Of a DNA stretch of 64,000 nt, positions 61,161 through 64,000 are shown piece after piece. Each line of letters starts with the position of its first letter. The first letter of the stretch is position 1. The position numbers and the translations under genes are program-made. Below the pieces are notes generated by a model. The model ran no database searches and was not told the DNA's origin. It was given only the letters and a program-made list of their open reading frames with translations. Source of the DNA: Epiperipatus broadwayi (taxonomy: Eukaryota; Animalia; Onychophora); assembly GCA_028023455.1 (NCBI GenBank), contig JAQFVV010000005.1:19158001-19222000 (forward strand), written 5' to 3'.

Positions 61161-63546
61161 AACAATCGACATTAAAGCCTGTCAGTTAAATAATTGAAGT
61201 TGTCAAACAGAAAAATAATAGGTAGCTTTAAAGTTAGATTCAGATATTTATTTAAGAAGCTTCCTCGTGAACATATCAAACATTTACAGGTAAGGCAATC
61301 AATCTTTAATAACCACAATTTGCTGTATGGAAGCCAATGTAATTAAAATGAGATAATTATTTCTGCCTTTACATCACTATATTTGAAGCTATGTTGTGAT
61401 AATTTAGGTAACTAACTTTTGAATTTAAATTATTCTTAATATTTTCACACTGTATAAAAATTTATAATAATTTTGTTAAAGATTCGCTTAATTATTAGAA
61501 AATAAATTGTTGACGAAAAAAATCTAACTCAGCATAAAGATGACTGTTTATTTTTCTGTTTGACTTAACAGTGTTAATATTGACTGCTATCAATTTACCA
61601 TCATTTGTTAAATATTCAAACTTGATTACTAAAATGCAGTGGAATTGTCTCATTCACTGTCTCAACACTTAATGATTCACACTGCTTCATAATTATATAG
61701 TTGCTTTCTATAACAGGCAAGTACTCATGAAATTTTTTGCAATTCATTAGCGTTAGTTTTCATCACTAAAACAGTAAAAAAAAAAAAAAAGATTTAATTC
61801 CTTTACTCATGTTGTTGTCTTAACTTTTAAAAATATTATTGTTAAATTGATTCATTGATATATTTTGTTTTCTTCTATTTTCTTTTAAAATTTAATTCAG
61901 TTTTTATCAGATACAGTATGATTACACATATTTAAAAACATTACAATACTTTATCAATCTGTTTTTTATTATATAATTAAATTTCAGAAGTATGTAATAT
62001 ATAGTAAACATAGTATTATTAAAAAATTGCTTTCTTACATTTTATATATTTTAATAAAATATAATATAAATCTTTATTATATTATAACAACAATTTATAA
62101 ATACATCACATAATAATTATATACATAAAAGCCTTTTTCGGTAATACTAAATTAAGTAATTTATATATTTCATATACACAAAATATTTTACCTATTTTTT
62201 TTTTTTGTTAATCATTTCTTTTACCTAATTTTTAAATCAATTTGCATCAAAGTCATGTACATACAGTACTGGACATGCATCTTAATAATAATTGTGTTGA
62301 GTCCATGTACGTGAAAGTGATAAAAACTAAGCACTTGGTATTATCCACAAAAAGCTTTGGAACCAAATACTATATGGTGGCCCATTGTATATATGTAATT
62401 AAAATAATTGCTCTATTTGTTAATGGAACCAATAACTGATTGTGTCTCTATTTATATCTGACACCAATATTAATTCTATTCCAAAATTTCAAAATGTTTG
62501 GCAAATTTAGATTTATTTATATCCAAAAGCATAAAAATCACAGCTAGAAGGAGTTTGATTAGCTCTCCTTTTTTTCATATACATTTAAATGCCATATAGT
62601 TATTATTTAACTCATCCATTTGATTTGTATTTGATGATTAATGCTGGGGTTGTTAAAAATAAGACTGTTTTTATCCTCTGTCTAATTAGATATGAGTTCA
62701 TAATTGAGTGTATCGTATCATATTTGCATATAGGTGTCAATATTAATTTCTCTCTGGAAATCAACACATTTAGCAAATTTAGCTTTATTTACATCAAAAG
62801 GCATAAAGAATTGGTCAATGTAGTGGGGTGGATTGGTTTAATTATTTTACAACTAGATGAAGATTGGTCATCTCCGGTCTATTTACAGATACCTTTAATT
62901 GCTGTGCGAAGTTATTATTCAATATATATAAGATAAGCTGACATATAGCTAAAAAAATTACACTTCCCACTTTTTGTATTTCAGGTGAAAATATCAGGTG
63001 AGTTAAAAGTTTGAATACTTGATAATTCATGCTAGAATTATTGTCATGAATATCATTTACATATTTAAAAAACCCCTACAATTTGATGTTAAAGTGTAAA
63101 ATAACTTTCACACAAACTAAGATATGATGCTTTCAATCATTGTTATTTATATCAAATAGATACCATCTAGTGCAGAGGCGATTTCTGTCTTAATTATAAT
63201 TCCATATGGACAGACAAATAACCTAACTGATAGAAACAATATGTAAAATAAGCAATAACTGTGCTATACATTAATGTAACCAATTAGAAAAATGGATCTT
63301 TAACACTAATATATCATTTTACTCACAGTTATTACAAAGTTTCCCAATCAAACTTTAAAAAATCATCTTGGGCTTGCAGGTATAGAAAGAAACTCCGAAT
63401 AAGTTTTTAAAACTTTCATTATAATATGTATAAATACATATGTACTTAACATTCATTAAAAACTAGTTAAATTATGTTCATTAAAAATCAGTTAAATTCT
63501 TTATACAAATAAATACAATTTATTTAACCTAAAAATGTTCCTTTAC

Positions 63547-63663
63547 CTTAATGTCATCAGGATATCTTGCATCATATAAAAGTTTTTCTTTGATTCGATT
63601 CATATCATGAGTAGCAATAGTGGCTAGCGTTCTTTTTTGACAAATGTCTTCATGAAGTTCGGT
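63547..63663 (-). CDS. LRRC47: LRRC47 internal exon (B3/4 domain start)
   Basis: Acceptor ttgcag then TELHEDICQKRTLATIATHDMNRIKEKLLYDARYPDDIK then donor gtaaag. 117 nt, phase 0. Resembles [20 protein letters not shown]. Upstream exons lie beyond the window. Confidence 0.93.
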
Positions 63664-63729
63664 CTGCAATAAATACACATAAAAAATGCTTTTTTAAAAA
63701 AAAAAGTATGGGGCAAAAAAATAAAGGAG

Positions 63730-63885
63730 GGAAAATATCTCCAGACAAGTTTCTGGCTTATGGCTTTCATCAGTGAGGAGTTTTGGATAAAAGATCCCAT
63801 GCCCCTGGATTTTTTGAAAAGGAGAAATAGATATGCTACTTAAAAATAATGTGTTGGCAAGTCATCATGTAATGTTTTATTGGTA
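63730..63885. mobile_element. H1 family copy E (decayed)
   Basis: Hammerhead core at 63744-63773 (minus): CTGATGA-A-AGC cataa GCC-A-GAAACTTGTC. Tail-like TCATCATGTAATGTTTTATTGGT near 63862-63884. Confidence 0.6.
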
Positions 63886-64000
63886 TTATAATAATCTTGG
63901 TTAAGGAATATAAATGTATGAAGTTATTAAAAAACTGAGAATACTAACACATGGTGTCAAATTTATATAACTATGCAAGCAAGTTGGCTTAGATTCAAAA

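Overview
AT-rich invertebrate nuclear DNA (taxon not determinable from the sequence). The only host gene I can identify is LRRC47: its last four coding exons lie on the minus strand (63663 to 32678) with long introns. The rest is mostly mobile DNA. There are two Gypsy LTR elements lying head-to-head with intact boundaries, other decayed Gypsy, CR1/L2 and RTE remnants, three DNA-transposon MITEs (hAT, Merlin-like, Tc1/pogo-like) and tRNA-derived pieces. The main signal is a Penelope-like element (PLE) system. It comprises four PLE coding fragments (RT and/or GIY-YIG) and several unrelated non-coding families. The well-preserved insertions share one architecture: a roughly 11-14 bp TSD, an inverted arm, a direct arm and an unpaired 45-60 nt tail. 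About ten lineages carry minimal type I hammerhead ribozyme motifs, mostly with a palindromic helix III (dimer type). They include C3-G8, U3-A8, A3-U8 and G3.U8 core variants and one variant with a 12-nt core insertion. One non-coding family (H1, 457-nt unit) and a 338-bp tandem family look like retrozyme-type passengers copied from tandem or circular RNA. All calls were made by eye, with no database searches or folding software.
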